From assembly GCA_001662655.1 (NCBI GenBank), contig KV460241.1: a stretch of 64,000 nucleotides of DNA. One strand, given 5' to 3'. The position numbers and the translations under genes were made by a program. Each line of letters begins with the position of its first letter. Within the stretch, counting starts at the first letter, position 1. This document shows, in pieces, positions 11,180-25,946 of this stretch. The stretch is from Pseudogymnoascus verrucosus (Eukaryota). Under the pieces are notes generated by a model. It did no database searches and was not told where the DNA came from. It was given only the letters and a program-made list of their open reading frames with translations.

Positions 11180-11628
11180 AGATCATAAAGATGGAGCTTG
11201 GTGCAGTGGGAGGCTGGTCGTTGTATATAGAGAATTAAAGAGCTTCAAATGCACAATATGTTTTACCAGATTTTTGGACTGTCGTTATTTACGGATCGGG
11301 TTGCGAGGTATGGAATCCTGCGTCGCGAAACTCAGAGTAGACGCGCCTGTTTGTTGCCAGATATGGACCGGCGGATTTGAGATACACGCGTCTAAATAAA
11401 CGCCGGATGATTTTGAGAAAGCAAGCAATTGATATTTCACGTCACGAAGAAAGTCATTTGAAATATTGATAGTTTCGTAAGATTGATTCTGAAAATCAAT
11501 CCCGACCCATTGCCATGGACCTATTGTACAACCTTAAAAACGCAAAAAGCAGCCGTGAGCCCATATCCCGGACGACACCCCATTATCATGAAAGCGAGAA
11601 CATTGCAGAAACCCATGAAGAAAACCGT

Positions 11629-12242
<614 letters not shown>

Positions 12243-12870
12243 TTTGAGTGAGTTTTGGGGGGTTTGAAAATTGAGGGTGTTGTTGTTGATTGGAGAGTAA
12301 CGGTGAAGTTAAACGTGTATAGTCGTGGTGGGTTGATGTGGTTGTTGAGAGATGAGGAGAGGAAAAGGAAGGAAGAAAGGCGGAGTGAAGTGGGAGTTGA
12401 TGGAACTTTATAAGACTGACAGCAATATGGGTGATTTATGGGATCACTCGCTTCTGGGATAGCGAGCCAAAAAGGCCAAAGCTGGGTGAAATCGCGCGAA
12501 TGGCGCGAATGGGCTGATGGGGATGAGGGGATGGCAGCTAATCGAGCCAATCAGCGTTCGCTTAAGCTGCGATGTGTGTTGATGCGCCCCCCCACTAAAT
12601 AATTGTTATGATGTCGAAACGCGCTTCTGTTTCCGGTTAGCGCTAAATACGTGCCTCGCGTACCCGAATCACCACCGCGCATTTCTCTGAGGTATAAGAA
12701 GTGGCAGGACCTCCATCTCCGTCAACCCTTTCCCTTCTTTCTCCTCTCTTCATCTATCACCCACACTCTGCAACGCCCACGTCCCACGTCTACAACTTCC
12801 AAATCAATTCTCAATTCTACTCTCAACTTTCACCCAAACTTCAAAAAAACCCCCCCCCAAAACCGTCAAC
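12243..12870. promoter_or_regulatory. Bidirectional H2A/H2B promoter
   Basis: Divergent histone pair; CCAAT near 12547, several CGCG motifs, and TATA-like elements on both strands (~12407, ~12693). Confidence 0.6.
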
Positions 12871-13474
12871 ATGCCACCAAAGGGAGCCGCCGAGAAGAAG
12901 CCCGCCGCAAAGGCCCCAGCAGCCAAGGCTCCTGCTGAGAAGAAGGATGCCGGAAAGAAGACCGCCGCAACTGGCGAGAAGAAGAAGCGCACCAAGACCC
13001 GCAAGGAGACTTACTCTTCATACATCTACAAAGGTGAGATTCAAACCAAATTTCAACAAAAACGCGTCGAAATCACCCATCGCGCCACTTTAATGTCACG
13101 TTCATAACTAACACACCACAGTTCTCAAGCAGGTCCACCCAGATACCGGTATCTCCAACCGTGCCATGTCTATCCTGAACTCCTTCGTCAATGGTAAGCT
13201 TTCATCACTTTTCACACCCATTTCAATTTACTTACACAATCCAGACATTTTCGAGCGCGTCGCAACTGAGGCATCCAAGCTTGCCGCATACAACAAGAAG
13301 TCCACAATCTCGTCCAGGGAGATCCAAACCTCGTACGTATACATTGTAAACTTATACATCAAACCATTCTAACATTTCTTCAGTGTCCGTCTTATCCTTC
13401 CAGGAGAGCTTGCCAAGCACGCCGTGTCGGAAGGCACCAAGGCCGTCACCAAGTACTCGTCTTCTGCGAAATAA
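12871..13474 (+). CDS. HTB1: Histone H2B (three introns)
   Basis: [14 protein letters not shown]...[75 protein letters not shown]. Confidence 0.98.
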
Positions 13475-14067
13475 ATGTTCTCTGTTTGCGGGTTTTTACA
13501 CAGGGTCTCGGATATGTTCGGTCTTCGGAGTCATCTAAATCAGATGATAAGGCCAGCATGGGCTCGATCTGGTCGGGTCTCTTTAATGCGTTATGGATGG
13601 TCTGCTTTTACGGGGGCAAATGTCTTCAGGGTCTGCTTTATGGGTTACGTGGCTGTACAATAAGCGTCTTCAGGGTTAGGAATGCTGAAGGCCACATTTG
13701 AAACATTATGACATCTTTGATCCATGTGATAAATGAACCGCAACGTGACAGATACCCGGATCTCGGACCGCAATTTCACTATTCGGCGATGGCACTGGAA
13801 TGCGAATATGCCGAGTCTGGAAATGACGAACTACGATAACCTCGATGGATCACAATTGTTGAAGCATCATTTGAGAGCAGTTTGCTTGGAAACATGGATT
13901 CTGCGCGATGAGGATACTCGGATTCCGAATATTTCATATTACCGTACATTTTCGTCTTATTGGGATTAGGATGGATATTGGATGAAATTCTTCGATTTAG
14001 GACAGTGAGGAGTCCATACTGAAATAATATACAGTTTTGATATGTACAGCCGTCTAGCGAACAAATA

Positions 14068-16602
14068 TTATCCCAGCCCAGCTTTGGTAGTCTTGACAAC
14101 ATGCGACACGGGTTGTAATATCCCCTTGTTATTCAGGGCGCCCAGAGCAGTCCCACTGCTCCATCCCATCTTCTCCATCATTGCCCTACCCCTATTTTCG
14201 ACTCCCAACTCTGGCGCAGAGCCTCCCACAACATCTCCATCCTTATAACCACCCGCAGTGCCGCGGAACCCTGAGCTTGTTTTGGCCATAGGATTCTTGC
14301 CTTTGACATCCATGCGAGGGAAGAATCGGCGAGAGATTCTTCGTTCAACAGAGGTGAAAACATTTTCATTGTAGGCAGATGTTCGATGTGTGCGATAAAG
14401 TACAGGGAATCGCTTTCGTTCGGCACCGACAGACTTTGACTTTAAGTTGAAGGCGTTGGCGATTTCATGGACCACAATACGGTCTTTCTTATCCATAGGA
14501 GGTAAAGCGAGCCTAAGAACATTGCATTAGTATCTCCATATTGGAGGGGGTATGGGGTGTATGCTTACGTAGTGTTCTTGCCAATTAAAAACAACCTGAT
14601 TTCTTCTTTGATTGCCATGATCCCCATGCCCTCCTTGTATTTCATACTGAGGTCAGGTTTGTCGGGATGGATACCTAAGACCCCCAAGGCTCTCCGGTGC
14701 TCGCGGTCCTCTTTCCTCTGCTTCTTTTTGACTCGATCGTTCTCCCACGCGGACTGCATTGATGCCTCTAATTCCGGATCAGAAACATCAAAAGGTAGCC
14801 TACCCTTGCGACCCTTGGGTTTCTTCTTCAAGCTAGGACGCTCAAAATCCATGACATCGAATCCGTCATATGCGTCTGCAAGCCTAGTCGCTGAAGGAAA
14901 GCCACTCTGGGGCGTTCTCGAGACCTTCTCCCTGCGTTGAAATTGTTCCCTTTTGCGGTTCCGTGCGGTTGACGAACTGCCACCGCTTGGTTCATTTAAT
15001 CCGTCAAACAAAGCTAACTCCGAGGAGTCGAATCCAAACTCGAATTGCTTCGCTAGCAGCCTTGCTATTTTCTCATCGTTTAGATTGTCAAACTGGCGCT
15101 GTATAAGATCCATGTCATCATCTTCGGAATCGGTACTTTCAGTCAGATCATCATCCGCTGAATCTGAATCGTCAGCGTCGCCATCTAAGCTCTCCGTTAC
15201 TAGCTTTTCGTTGGCATCGAATTTGCCAATTAGATCAAGCGCCTGGGGTGTCACTAACGCTGCCGCTGACGCAGGAACCCATCCCGACTTGTCGCTCATG
15301 TGCTCACTCCAAGCAACAAGATATTGTAGACCGGATTTAGCGTCTCGCCTTGACAGTACTGCATCAATGGGACCGGAAATTTCATCTAGGATCTCCAAAG
15401 TATCCTGGTCGAGAAAATCTGAGGGGTCCAAGTGCTCTTCCAACAGTTCCATGTCAGAATCAGGAGAAGAGTCACGTCGTTGAAATATGTCGTTGTCGTT
15501 GTCACCAAGCTCCCTTCCGTTGCCGTGTCCCAGAACATCCAAGCCTTGCTCTTCGAGATTTGTGATGTAATCGTTCATCATTTCATCTTCGACGCTTCGA
15601 ATTTCACGATTGCGGCCGCTGCCGTGTCGACTCTTTCGTGAGGTCAAGGGTGGCGTATCAAGTGAATCTGATAACTTGTTCTGAAAATCCACATGGTTGG
15701 TAGATGGGGTGTCGGGCAAATGCCCTTTCTCTTTCCCTTTCCCCTTCCCTTTAACCTGGCTCCTGTCACCAGACAAATGTAGCACATCTGTAGCTAAACT
15801 GCTCTCAACAGCGGATTGTTTGTTTTCGGTGTATATCGTCACGTCATCGTTAATTGTGGTGCGTAGGGAGGATGTTTTCGAAGGCTTGGGCTTAGTCGAT
15901 GGTAGGCTCCCAAAGAACTGGCCGTTATTATCTCGTCCCCTGAATAATATGACTTCCTCGCTCGAGTTTGAGGGTGTTGGCGATGATGATCGAATCTGCG
16001 GGGGTGGCAGGTTCGTTTCTATAGATTGATTGCCTTCCGTATCAATAATAAACTCGTCTTGGGCATCTTTCTCTTTACTTTCATGGCTTCCTTCCTCATC
16101 GTCTGCCTCAGGAATATTTCCGGCTTGTTCTGAAGAGTCCATAACCCCACCCATTCCAAGGTCGTTGTCGGATTCATTAAGGGACATGCATTCCATAGCA
16201 GTCTCAGGGCCGGGTGTTTCGGGTGACGGAAGAATACTGGCACTAACAAAGCTGACCTTTGCATCCCATAGTCGCAAATTGGACAATCTAGAAGGCTCGT
16301 GGCGTTGAGTGTTTAAAGCCTCCGCTTGTAAAGAGAATCCTTCGAATAAGTCAGTGGCAGTTCGTTTATTATGTGCTAGTAGGAAGGGTTATATGGCCAT
16401 CCAACTGACCTTGTGGATATGATGCAGGTGTACTCGCGCCAGAAAATGGGATAAAATCTGCTCCATCGTCGTCTTCAACATGCCTCCTGCCACCATCGCC
16501 ACCGCCGCCACCACGGCCACCACCACGACCTCGTCGGCCCTGCCCTCTACCATTGCTTTTGCCTGCTCCCCCACCCCTGGGGCCTTTCTTTGAGCGTACC
16601 AT
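14068..16602 (-). CDS. SQS1: R3H and G-patch domain protein (Sqs1/Pfa1-like Prp43 cofactor)
   Basis: RGG-rich N-terminus; R3H-like PPMDKKDRIVVHEIANAFNLKSKS; C-terminal G-patch NRGRAMMEKMGWSSGTALGALNNKGIL...TKAGLG*. Confidence 0.85.
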
Positions 16603-17146
16603 CGTAGGCTTGATATCTATATCATTTTCTCCGAGGTTTAGAGGTGTAGAGAAACAAAATTTGAAATTGCAGCCTCCAGCAAAGTTTTGAAGTGACTCCT
16701 ATCAGTTACCGCACCACAATAAATTCGCCAGAACAATGGGGCTGCGCAGTCTGTGAAGCAGCGCCTGGAATATTGCACTGAAAACAGTATTTCTGGAGGT
16801 GTTTTTATGTATACTTTATAGAGTTATCAAGGAGAACCCTTGGTCCGTATAAACATTGTGCGGTCTCCCATCGAGTATCCTTGCAAACACACTAAGATAA
16901 CGATGCCTTATCGTACCAGGCAATGCCGTACAGTACGTACTGTAGCATGCCGGGTGACAGACATGACGCGCTCCACTGCACTTCAACTGCGCCTGCCCCT
17001 CCCTCATCAGCACCTGCCTGCTATCATCCACATCTCTGAATCCCTACAGCTGCCTAATAGAATGCTGAACGGCGATTTTTATGCGTGCGACTAACAACAT
17101 ATTCACCGCAATATTTGGGCTACATCCTCAAAGCCCGTCCAACCAG

Positions 17147-18670
17147 ATGGCGGCTGTAGATTTCAGCCGCTACAAGCGCATTGTACAATATCTTTGGGAT
17201 CCAGAACCAACCAACCTCGACAGCTCAGATCTTCCACTGTGGTGTCTAGGAGATCAATATACGGCCAGTTCTATGTCGAAGCACGCCTCTGCTCCTGGTG
17301 ATACGGACTTACCTTCACATGATAGCTCTCACGAAACACCACAAAAACGAACTGATGTCGAGAAATCAATACAAGAGGTTAAGCCTCCAGAAAGCGTTGG
17401 TGAAGGTATAGACTCTGGTTTTTCTCAAGAGGGAACCGCATCAGATGTTGAAGATGGAGGTTGGCCAGTTGCATTCCTTGACGACTTCGAATCTAAATTA
17501 CGATTTTCCTACCGAACTGGCTTTCCCGTTATTCCAAGGTCAGAGGATCCGAAAGCTTCCTCTGCGATGAGCTTCTCAGTCCGGCTACGGAGCCAACTGA
17601 GCGATCAGGGTGGGTTTTCTTCAGATACTGGCTGGGGTTGTATGATCAGGTCGGGGCAGAGTCTTCTGGCTAATTCCATGGTGATACTGCGACTCTCTCG
17701 AGGTACGTATAGTTCAACATATAGTTTAACACGACATCCCATGTCTGACACTCATAGGCTGGCGTCGTGGTGTGGGCAGAGACGAAGAACGAGAGATAGT
17801 GTCACTCTTCGCAGATGACCCTAGGGCGCCGTATTCCATCCACAAGTTTGTCGAACATGGCGCGGAAGCTTGTGGTAAATATCCCGGGCAGTGGTTCGGA
17901 CCATCGGCCACAGCACGATGTATACAGTAAGCCTACCCACATATCTGAGAGATCACGTATTTTAAATATTGATTGTCGCCCAACAGGGAACTGGCAAAAC
18001 GCCACGAATCAGCAGATGTGAGAGTCTATATCACTGGCGATGGGTCGGACGTTTACAAGGATGGTTTCATGAGTGTTGCCAAACCTGATGGTGTGAACTT
18101 CAAACCTACCCTTATACTTGTGGGAACACGTCTAGGTATAGATAAAGTTACTCCGGTTTACTGGGAGGCGTTAAAAGCATCACTGCAGATGCCACAATCA
18201 GTGGGGATTGCAGGGTATGTTGCCACCGCCCCCCGTTATACTCAATACACTCTCTGACAGTCAATCTCAGTGGCCGCCCATCTTCCTCTCATTATTTTGT
18301 TGGGGTTCAAGGTTCACATTTCTTCTACCTTGATCCGCATCAGACGATGGCTGCCCTTCCTTTCCATACAGATGTTGATGAATATACCCCTGCAGAAATT
18401 GACTCCTGCCATACCCGACGGTTGCGAAGGTTGGACATCAAAGAGATGGACCCGAGCATGCTTATTGGCTTTCTTATCCGAGATGAAAAGGATTGGGAGG
18501 CATGGTCCGATGAGATTAGGAGATTTCCTGGCAAGGGTATCGTGCATATCGCCGCCAACGATCCGGCTCAACAGAGCCTGAGTCACGAGCGCGACAGCGC
18601 CATTGACGATGTCGAGTCATTCGACGAGGATGACAGTGAAGATTACGGCGAAGAGCCTCCCCATTCTTGA
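17147..18670 (+). CDS. ATG4: Autophagy cysteine protease Atg4 (peptidase C54)
   Basis: SDTGWGCMIRSGQSLLAN (catalytic Cys); PQSVGIAG; FFYLDPH; MDPSMLIGFLI. Confidence 0.96.
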
Positions 18671-18887
18671 TTATCTAGGGAGCCGTTCGACCTGAAACCT
18701 CGAATTAACCGTCACCCACGCCCATATGCGATATAAATTTGGGCATATGCCGATTGCCGAGATCAGGGACTCTTTGAGGAGTGGCGGTGCTATCTGTGTG
18801 GTTTGGGGTACCTGGCATATGATGACCTCAGGGCCTCAGGCCATACCTATAAAGTTGCATACTATTCTGCAATGCAACTTATGGTTT

Positions 18888-20702
18888 TCAGTGGGATGTC
18901 TTGCCGCGGCCACCAGTCTTCGGCTTTGGAACAAGCAGGCCATGCTTCTCTGCCTTGATGTGATCGAAGAGCTTGTTTTTAGAACCGAAGGAGCTATTAC
19001 AGGTAGCGCATGTATTCTTGTGATACTGTGAGCATTGGCGGTGGTTGAATGGAGTTAATTCTTACATTTTGGGTATCATCCTCCGCCTGCTGACGGGCGG
19101 CCTTTTTTGCACGTTTCGCCTTTGCTTTCCCGAGCTTCTTATTTTCTTCTGTGGGGGGTTCGTCTGTACCTCCGTCGCTTGAAATTAAGATGTTATCGAG
19201 TGCCCGTGTCACATTGCCAACTACACTTGGTTTTATAGAACCATCTGTTGTCGGCGTTTCCTGGAGTAGAATCCCAGATATCCTATCCTCCACCTGCTCC
19301 CTGGGTGCATAATCGTCGTCATCCGTGCCATCTTCTGGTATTGCCAGCGTAGTAGATTCTTCTATAGGACCGCGGTCCGCTTCATTCTCTTTCGGAGGCG
19401 GGTCAAAGCCAGTAATGTCATCGTTCTTAACACCAATCTCGGGATCAGCCTTGTCAATTCCAACAACAGGTATAATGTCGTCATCGGCAGCATCCTGTAA
19501 TGAGTGAAATGAGGCCTCGGAATCAGAATTCTCTGGCTTAGATTGAAGCGCAGCATCAACTGGGGTATCTAAATGGAAGAGTTTATTCTCCTTTCGCATC
19601 TGCCGCGTTAATTCTCGAACGGCCTTGATATGCTTTTTGCTTTTTTCATGGACTTCATACTGTTTCTCGCTCTTAAAAATCTTGTTGCACGTAACACATT
19701 CTACTACTTCCTCTTCTGATACCTCGGAGTCTGAGAAGGTCCCCTCCTCTTCAGCGTAGCGAGTTTGTGCCCATGCAGGTTGAACGTGTTCGTTGAGCTT
19801 TGCTTCGCGCATAGCCCTCGAGCGAGCAGCCTGAGCTGCTGCCGCATCCCTCAGTGCTTGTTGTCGATCAGCTTCGGACTGTGTGTTTGGGATGTACCTG
19901 GGATCCCGTTTCCGCACAAAGCCTATGAGCGACCTCACAGCATCATTAAACTCCCGGATTCCTTCGTCTCGTAGGCGCTTATTCTCTTTTTCCATCAGTC
20001 TTCTAACTCGACGATCAGGAGCATCCGCATAATTGTGCGCGTCTTTCCATGAGAATGACTTTCTGGTTGAGAAGCTGGCCCATGCAACATAAAACGGCTT
20101 GACGACATCGTCATAATTAGACTCGGAAGTTCCGAATTCCGGGTAGTCGATCGGATCCAGGCCTTCCCAGTTGCATGCAGCGTCCTCTTCCTTGGTGAGG
20201 GCTTCAAACACGGACTGAAGCCTTCCATAGAAGCCGTCCAAGCTGTTTGTGAAGGGCATATTCGGCGAGAATTTCCCCATCAACATAGTCAGGTCCGTGG
20301 CGCTAGTGAACCGCATATCGTGTTCGAAGTGGTCGCCGGCCCCAATGTCGGAATCTCGAAGTATCGCATCTCGGTGGGAGTCATACCAGGCCCGTTCCTG
20401 GGGATCAGACAAAATCTGGTACGCTGATTGAACCTCTGCAAATAGTCGGGTGGAATCTTCAACGTCTCCGTAATTTCGATCGGGGTGCAGTTCTAACGCC
20501 TTCCTTCTGTACGCTTTCTTGATCCTAGACGCCAGTCAGCTCTTGCTGGAGACGAAATTTAACTGCTTCAATCTACGCACTCATCATCGCTGGCCTGGCG
20601 ATCCACGCCGAGTAACTGATAATAACAGGTCTTCACATGGGGACCTCCGGCATCCCCTTGCTCGCTGGGCTTTTGCTGGTTCGACGACTGCTGTGCGCCC
20701 AT
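18888..20702 (-). CDS. JJJ1: J-domain co-chaperone with C2H2 zinc fingers (Jjj1/DNAJC21)
   Basis: [71 protein letters not shown], terminal [15 protein letters not shown]. Confidence 0.92.
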
Positions 20703-21521
20703 ACTGTCCGCAGCAGAGACATGCAACGGGTCTCTTGATGTTGTCGATATGAATAAGCAGAATAGCAGAATAAAGCTGGGCTTTTATAGTGTGTCACAGT
20801 TTCACAGCTTGTGGACAAGGACCAACGTCTGAATATAAAAAACCCTTCTTGCTTCAGTCACAGAAGGTAAAATCGATTCCCATAGGACCCTATAATTTAT
20901 TTATATGAGGAGAACTCTGGACGCTGCCCGCACTGATAGCCAGTCGTTATCGCGAAATGTTTGTTGTGTGTGTGTACGTACCGAGTACTTTGTACAGTTC
21001 TATCCCATAGTAAAGTTTGTGCACTATTGAGTCAACGCCACTACTAAAAATCTAGACCCAAATAGGCTAGTACAATGTCACTCACGTGAAGATTACCTAA
21101 TATAGGTACATTAATGATCGTTCAAGGTTGCAAGGGCAGAAGATCTAGAACCGCCACTGGCTTCCATCAAAAGTACTTAACCTCGCATCAAACCTAAATT
21201 ATCCTGTCACTACGTACAAAACTTCGACAACGCCAAGATAATTCTTACATGCAAAGCAAAGCCGCCTCAGTCTTATAGATTTGCCACAGGGTCACGCGCT
21301 GCATTATCCAACATGAGCATGGGCATCGTAACGGAGAACAGAGTTATACCTAGGCTCCCCCGTCATTAAAAGAAAGTGATGAGAGCGACTGAGAGAGACT
21401 GAGACACGCATATCAACCCCAAGAGAGATACCTGCGATAAGATAACTACTACGCATCCTGAGCGGTCCTCCCCATATGATTATCGGAACTTCCACTGGCG
21501 CCCTACTGACCTACCGCGAAC

Positions 21522-23090
21522 ATGAAGTTCGCTCATGAGTTCAAGGAGGCCCTGGAGCGAGAAGGGTTTCCACCGCACTGGGTCGAAGCTGCGATACCTT
21601 ATGGCCAACTGAAGAAATGTATTAAGAAGGTGGAGCGTGAGCTTAAAAGTTTTGGTTTAGATGCCCAAACTCTGGGTCTCTTGGTGCCGTCCAGCGACCA
21701 GAAGGATCAAAACAGTAACGATGGCACCCCCATAGGGTTCAAATACAGGTTCGCAGGTAAGCCCGTGACCTGTTATCCATAGCCAAACTCTAGCTTACAA
21801 TTATTGTCTCGAAGGCGACTCTGATGTCTTCCGCCCGACCTTGACTCTCTATATCCAGCGGACTCAGGGAAGCGATATTGCTATTGATGCTACTCTATCA
21901 CCCAGTACACGGCAGTACTTGCAGAATCTTGCAGATGCACAGGCAAAGGAACGTGGCCAGAGCGCTGCTGCTGGCCAGCCTGGAGACATCGTCGAGTCTA
22001 AAGATGCTATGCCTAACGCGGATGCTGATTCTACCACGCCTTTTATAGATGCCAACTCGGACGTCCAGCAGGTAGAGGTGCCTCTGACATTTGACATCGA
22101 GTTTTTTGGACTGCTGAAGGACGAAGTGTCTTCTTTGGATGAAATTCAAAAGGCCGAGCAAAGGGCCATGACAGACGAGATAAAGGCTCTAGGAGACGAA
22201 ATTGGAAAATTGGCTTTCCCCGCCAAAAACAATAAGACCGATATGGGTCGCTGGCGGACAATCTTTGACTTGTATCTCCAAGCCGGGGTGTTCTTCTCGA
22301 CAAATGAGTTTGATCGCGGCAGTAGGGACAGCAACGTGGCATTGAAACAGCTCAAGTGGTTCCAAGAGCAAGTTACCAAGCTGAATCTACCAAAGTCCTT
22401 CAAGCTTGCCAACAGTCGAGATGCTCTTGATAGATTCACACGGATCAATGTTACGCTTCTACGAAATTTGAAGTTTCAGGAAATCAATCAACTTGCTGTC
22501 ACGAAAATTCTCAAAAGTCAGCATCTCTCCCCCCATATTATATGAATACTCCATACTGATTTCGGTTAGAATTTGACAAGAGGACATCCCTCGGTGCCAA
22601 GAAGGCATTTCCTCCGCTGATACAGTCAGACCTACTCATGACTGAAACTATGGCCAAAGCCGTCTGTGCTGGGGTTTCAAACGAGATAATCCGCATTGTC
22701 CCACAGCTGGACGATTATCTCTGTCCGGTGTGCTTCACCATATCTTACAAACCTGTTCGATTAAAGTGTAACCACGTTTTCTGCATACGATGCATGATCG
22801 AGATGCAGAATGCCAATTCTAAACATTGCCCTCTCTGTCGAGGAGATGTTGTCTTGGAAGCAGATGCCTGTAAGTGATACCCAACTGGCCTTTGCTATTA
22901 GTGACTCGCTATCTTAATAGTCCGAACTGGTGCTGACTTGGTTGTAGCGAGTGTCGACAAGAATTTGACTGTCTTCCTCAAGAAATATTTCCCGAAGGAA
23001 ACAAAGGCCAAACAGCAGGAGAATGACATCGCGGCTAGCGTTGAGATGTATGGCGAAGACTTCGCCAATGTGAAGTGCTTGGTGATGTAG
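21522..23090 (+). CDS. SPX domain + RING finger E3 ubiquitin ligase (Pqr1/NLA-like), ends in CaaX
   Basis: SPX start MKFAHEFK...YGQLKKCIK; N..AVTKILKKFDK; RING CPVC...CNHVFCIRC...CPLCR; last exon (22948-23090) ends VKCLVM*. Confidence 0.9.
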
Positions 23091-23867
23091 TCGAGGCAGG
23101 CACTATGCGGCAGCAGTTACCCTCGATCTTGCCTTGAGACGTTGGAGGGATGTCGTACAGTTCTCCACAGCCGGGGTGGAGGGGAGCATGGGGTGGCATA
23201 TTACAGGCATCTTTCGCATGGGTATAGCAATTGTTGTATGAGCAAGCATGGAGTTGTATATGGGGTATATAGTTTTTCTTGCTTGCTTGACGCGGGTTTG
23301 GTACATATTTGATGCCTGGCTGGGCTCCGTGCCTGGCGCGTATATTTAATTAATTTATATTGTTATTATTTTATCAGTTCATGACAATAATACCCTATAA
23401 TAATTTATCACGGGTAAAAATAAATACACTGTCGACATTAAACTTGACGGAGGACTTTGAATCAAACACGAGCTGGCCAATACTCGACTATAAACGAATA
23501 TATAAACCCGAGGCTGTGAGGTTTATACTAATCATCTTAAAGTACAGTAACAGATAAAGGTCATCATCGATGGCGGGGTACCTTGATGGGCATGGTGGGC
23601 ATGGTGCCCCATACTACGCTAAGATAACGAGCTGGAGGATTCGGCTCTTGTAATCGCACCACCCAACTACCAACCAACCCCGCGACTGCGACGAAGAGCA
23701 ACATGCCATCGTCACCCTGAATATTGTTACCTGATACTGAATCACAACAATGATACGCCTACTATGGCAGTGACAATATCCCGAAGAAGGTACGGACCGC
23801 GGATGTCAATCTACACAATATATTAACAAAGCAAGCGACTCATTTATATGTTGTATATATTTTCGAC

Positions 23868-25853
23868 ATGGCACCAGCAACAACAATCAATGACCTCCCC
23901 GATGAAGTGCTGGACCAAATTCTCTACTACCTGAGCCCCGAGCAAACCATACTCAGCATACGGCGAGCGTCCAAGCGGTTTGCTAGACTATGCGAAGAAC
24001 CCCTACTCTGGCGGTACTATTGTCGCACCGAGTTCAATTACTGGGACGCCAAACACCGAATTAAGCAGAAATTTGTCGGCGACGTTAGCGATGTGGAATG
24101 GAAAAAGCTTTATATTTACCGAAAAAATATCGATACCCGTACCTCTGAGCTATTAGACAGCATACTTTCCGAACAAATAGGGCGCATAGATAAGACGAAG
24201 GACATAAGTGAGTTTGGCTACGATGCCAAAGATACTCTGTTGCGAAACTGCCAGGCAGAAACCGATACGGACGATGTACTTGCGAGGAGGTGCGTATTAA
24301 GCTAGCATATTTTATTCATATATTGGGAGCTGGAAGAGCTAATTGGACAACTAGATTCTACAGCAGTTCTGTCCTCGATCATATCCACAGAGCCAAGGCG
24401 CTCGACGAATGGTACAGACTGAGTAGAGGAGATGACATTTCCATAGAACGTGCCCTGGGCTGTCTTGACATGTTTGTGTTGCATGACCGCAATGGGGATC
24501 TCTGTGAAGTATGTATGATCTATTCTTATTTTTGCCATTACGTTCTGGATGCTGATAATCCGCGCCAGATATCGGATATGCTAGACAAGTTAGCTAAGAA
24601 GCTTGAAGCTACCCACACTGATTTCCACGACCTATCTCAGCGCCGCAAAGCACTTGTGACCGCCCGCTTTCTCAAAGACAATGACCTCACTGGCATGGCC
24701 TCTGAACTACAATACCGAGATCTCAAAAACAACTTCATCGGAATTGCGCTACAGGAAGAAAATCACCCTTCGCTGCCACTCATATCCGCAGCCATATATT
24801 GTGCCGTAGCTCGCCGGCTTGGGCTAGATGCCGGATGTTGCGACTTTCCAAATCATGTACACGCAGTAGTTTCCCCCAACAATGGGGAGACGCTTGATGG
24901 GTCAGTTCAAAAAACAAGCTTAGGCCCACCAGAACCAATGTACCTGGACCCCTATAGGTCGGACAGAGAGGTCCCAGTTGAACACCTCAAAACTCAACTG
25001 GTGGCATGGGGTGTGCAAGTGGATGATTTTCCTCGTTTTCTTACCCATATGAGCACGCGAAGGATTGCTCTGCGCACCTCGAAGAGTATACTTACCACCA
25101 TCCATGAGTTTCGAGGCCTCGGTAGAAACGGAGCAAACAATGCTGGCCATGCTTCTATTAAACTTTATGGAAATCCATTTGCTGATATGGACAACGCATT
25201 TTACTCAGCTCTCTGGTCGAACTTCATACTCTCCAGTATACCCGGACGCGCGGTTTCAATTGACCAGGTACAGTTTATTCCTATAATATTAGAACGGTTT
25301 GAGAACCTTTATCATATGGATGGCGTCTTCCTGGAGAAGTATATCTGTGCATCCCCCAGCCTTTTGGTGCGTACCGACCTCGCCCGCCTCGTCGAAGCAA
25401 TCCGAGTTATACGGGCAAGTGATATCATGCCGAAGCAAGTCAGACGACGAGATAGCCAGAAACCCCATGGAAAGATCCAGTACGAAGTTGGCCAGGTATT
25501 TCAACACAAAAGATATGGTTACACGGCAGTTATTACGGGATGGGATGTTGAGTGCACAATGAACTCGAGATGGATGGAGCAGAATCACGTCGACACGCTG
25601 CGCAAAGGACAGCACCAGAGTTTCTATCACGCACTGTAAGACCTCACTAATCTCCACACATTGATGCACGCTGACGAAGATGAGTAGTGTTGAAGATACT
25701 AGTATTCGCTATGTGGCCGAGGAGAACGTGGAACTGATTGAACCGGATAACCCAGTTTCGCTGATGAGTCTGGCCGGGAGATTCTTCAAGCGCTGGGATG
25801 GCTTGAGGCACAGATTTGTGTCAAATATACGGGACGAATACCCCGATGATTAG
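23868..25853 (+). CDS. F-box protein with transglutaminase-like (SirB1-type) and YccV/HspQ-like domains (FBXO21-like)
   Basis: F-box LPDEVLDQILYYL; PLISAAIYCAVARRLGL...FPNHV...YLDPY; YEVGQVFQHKRYGYTAVITGWD...QSFYHAL...RYVAEEN; ends YPDD*. Confidence 0.88.
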
Positions 25854-25946
25854 CATGGCTGTATGGCAAAAACAATACTATATTCGAGTAGAGACATATT
25901 CTTTGGAGAATTTCACTACCTGAACGTGTCCCGTTAACCTCGTTAA

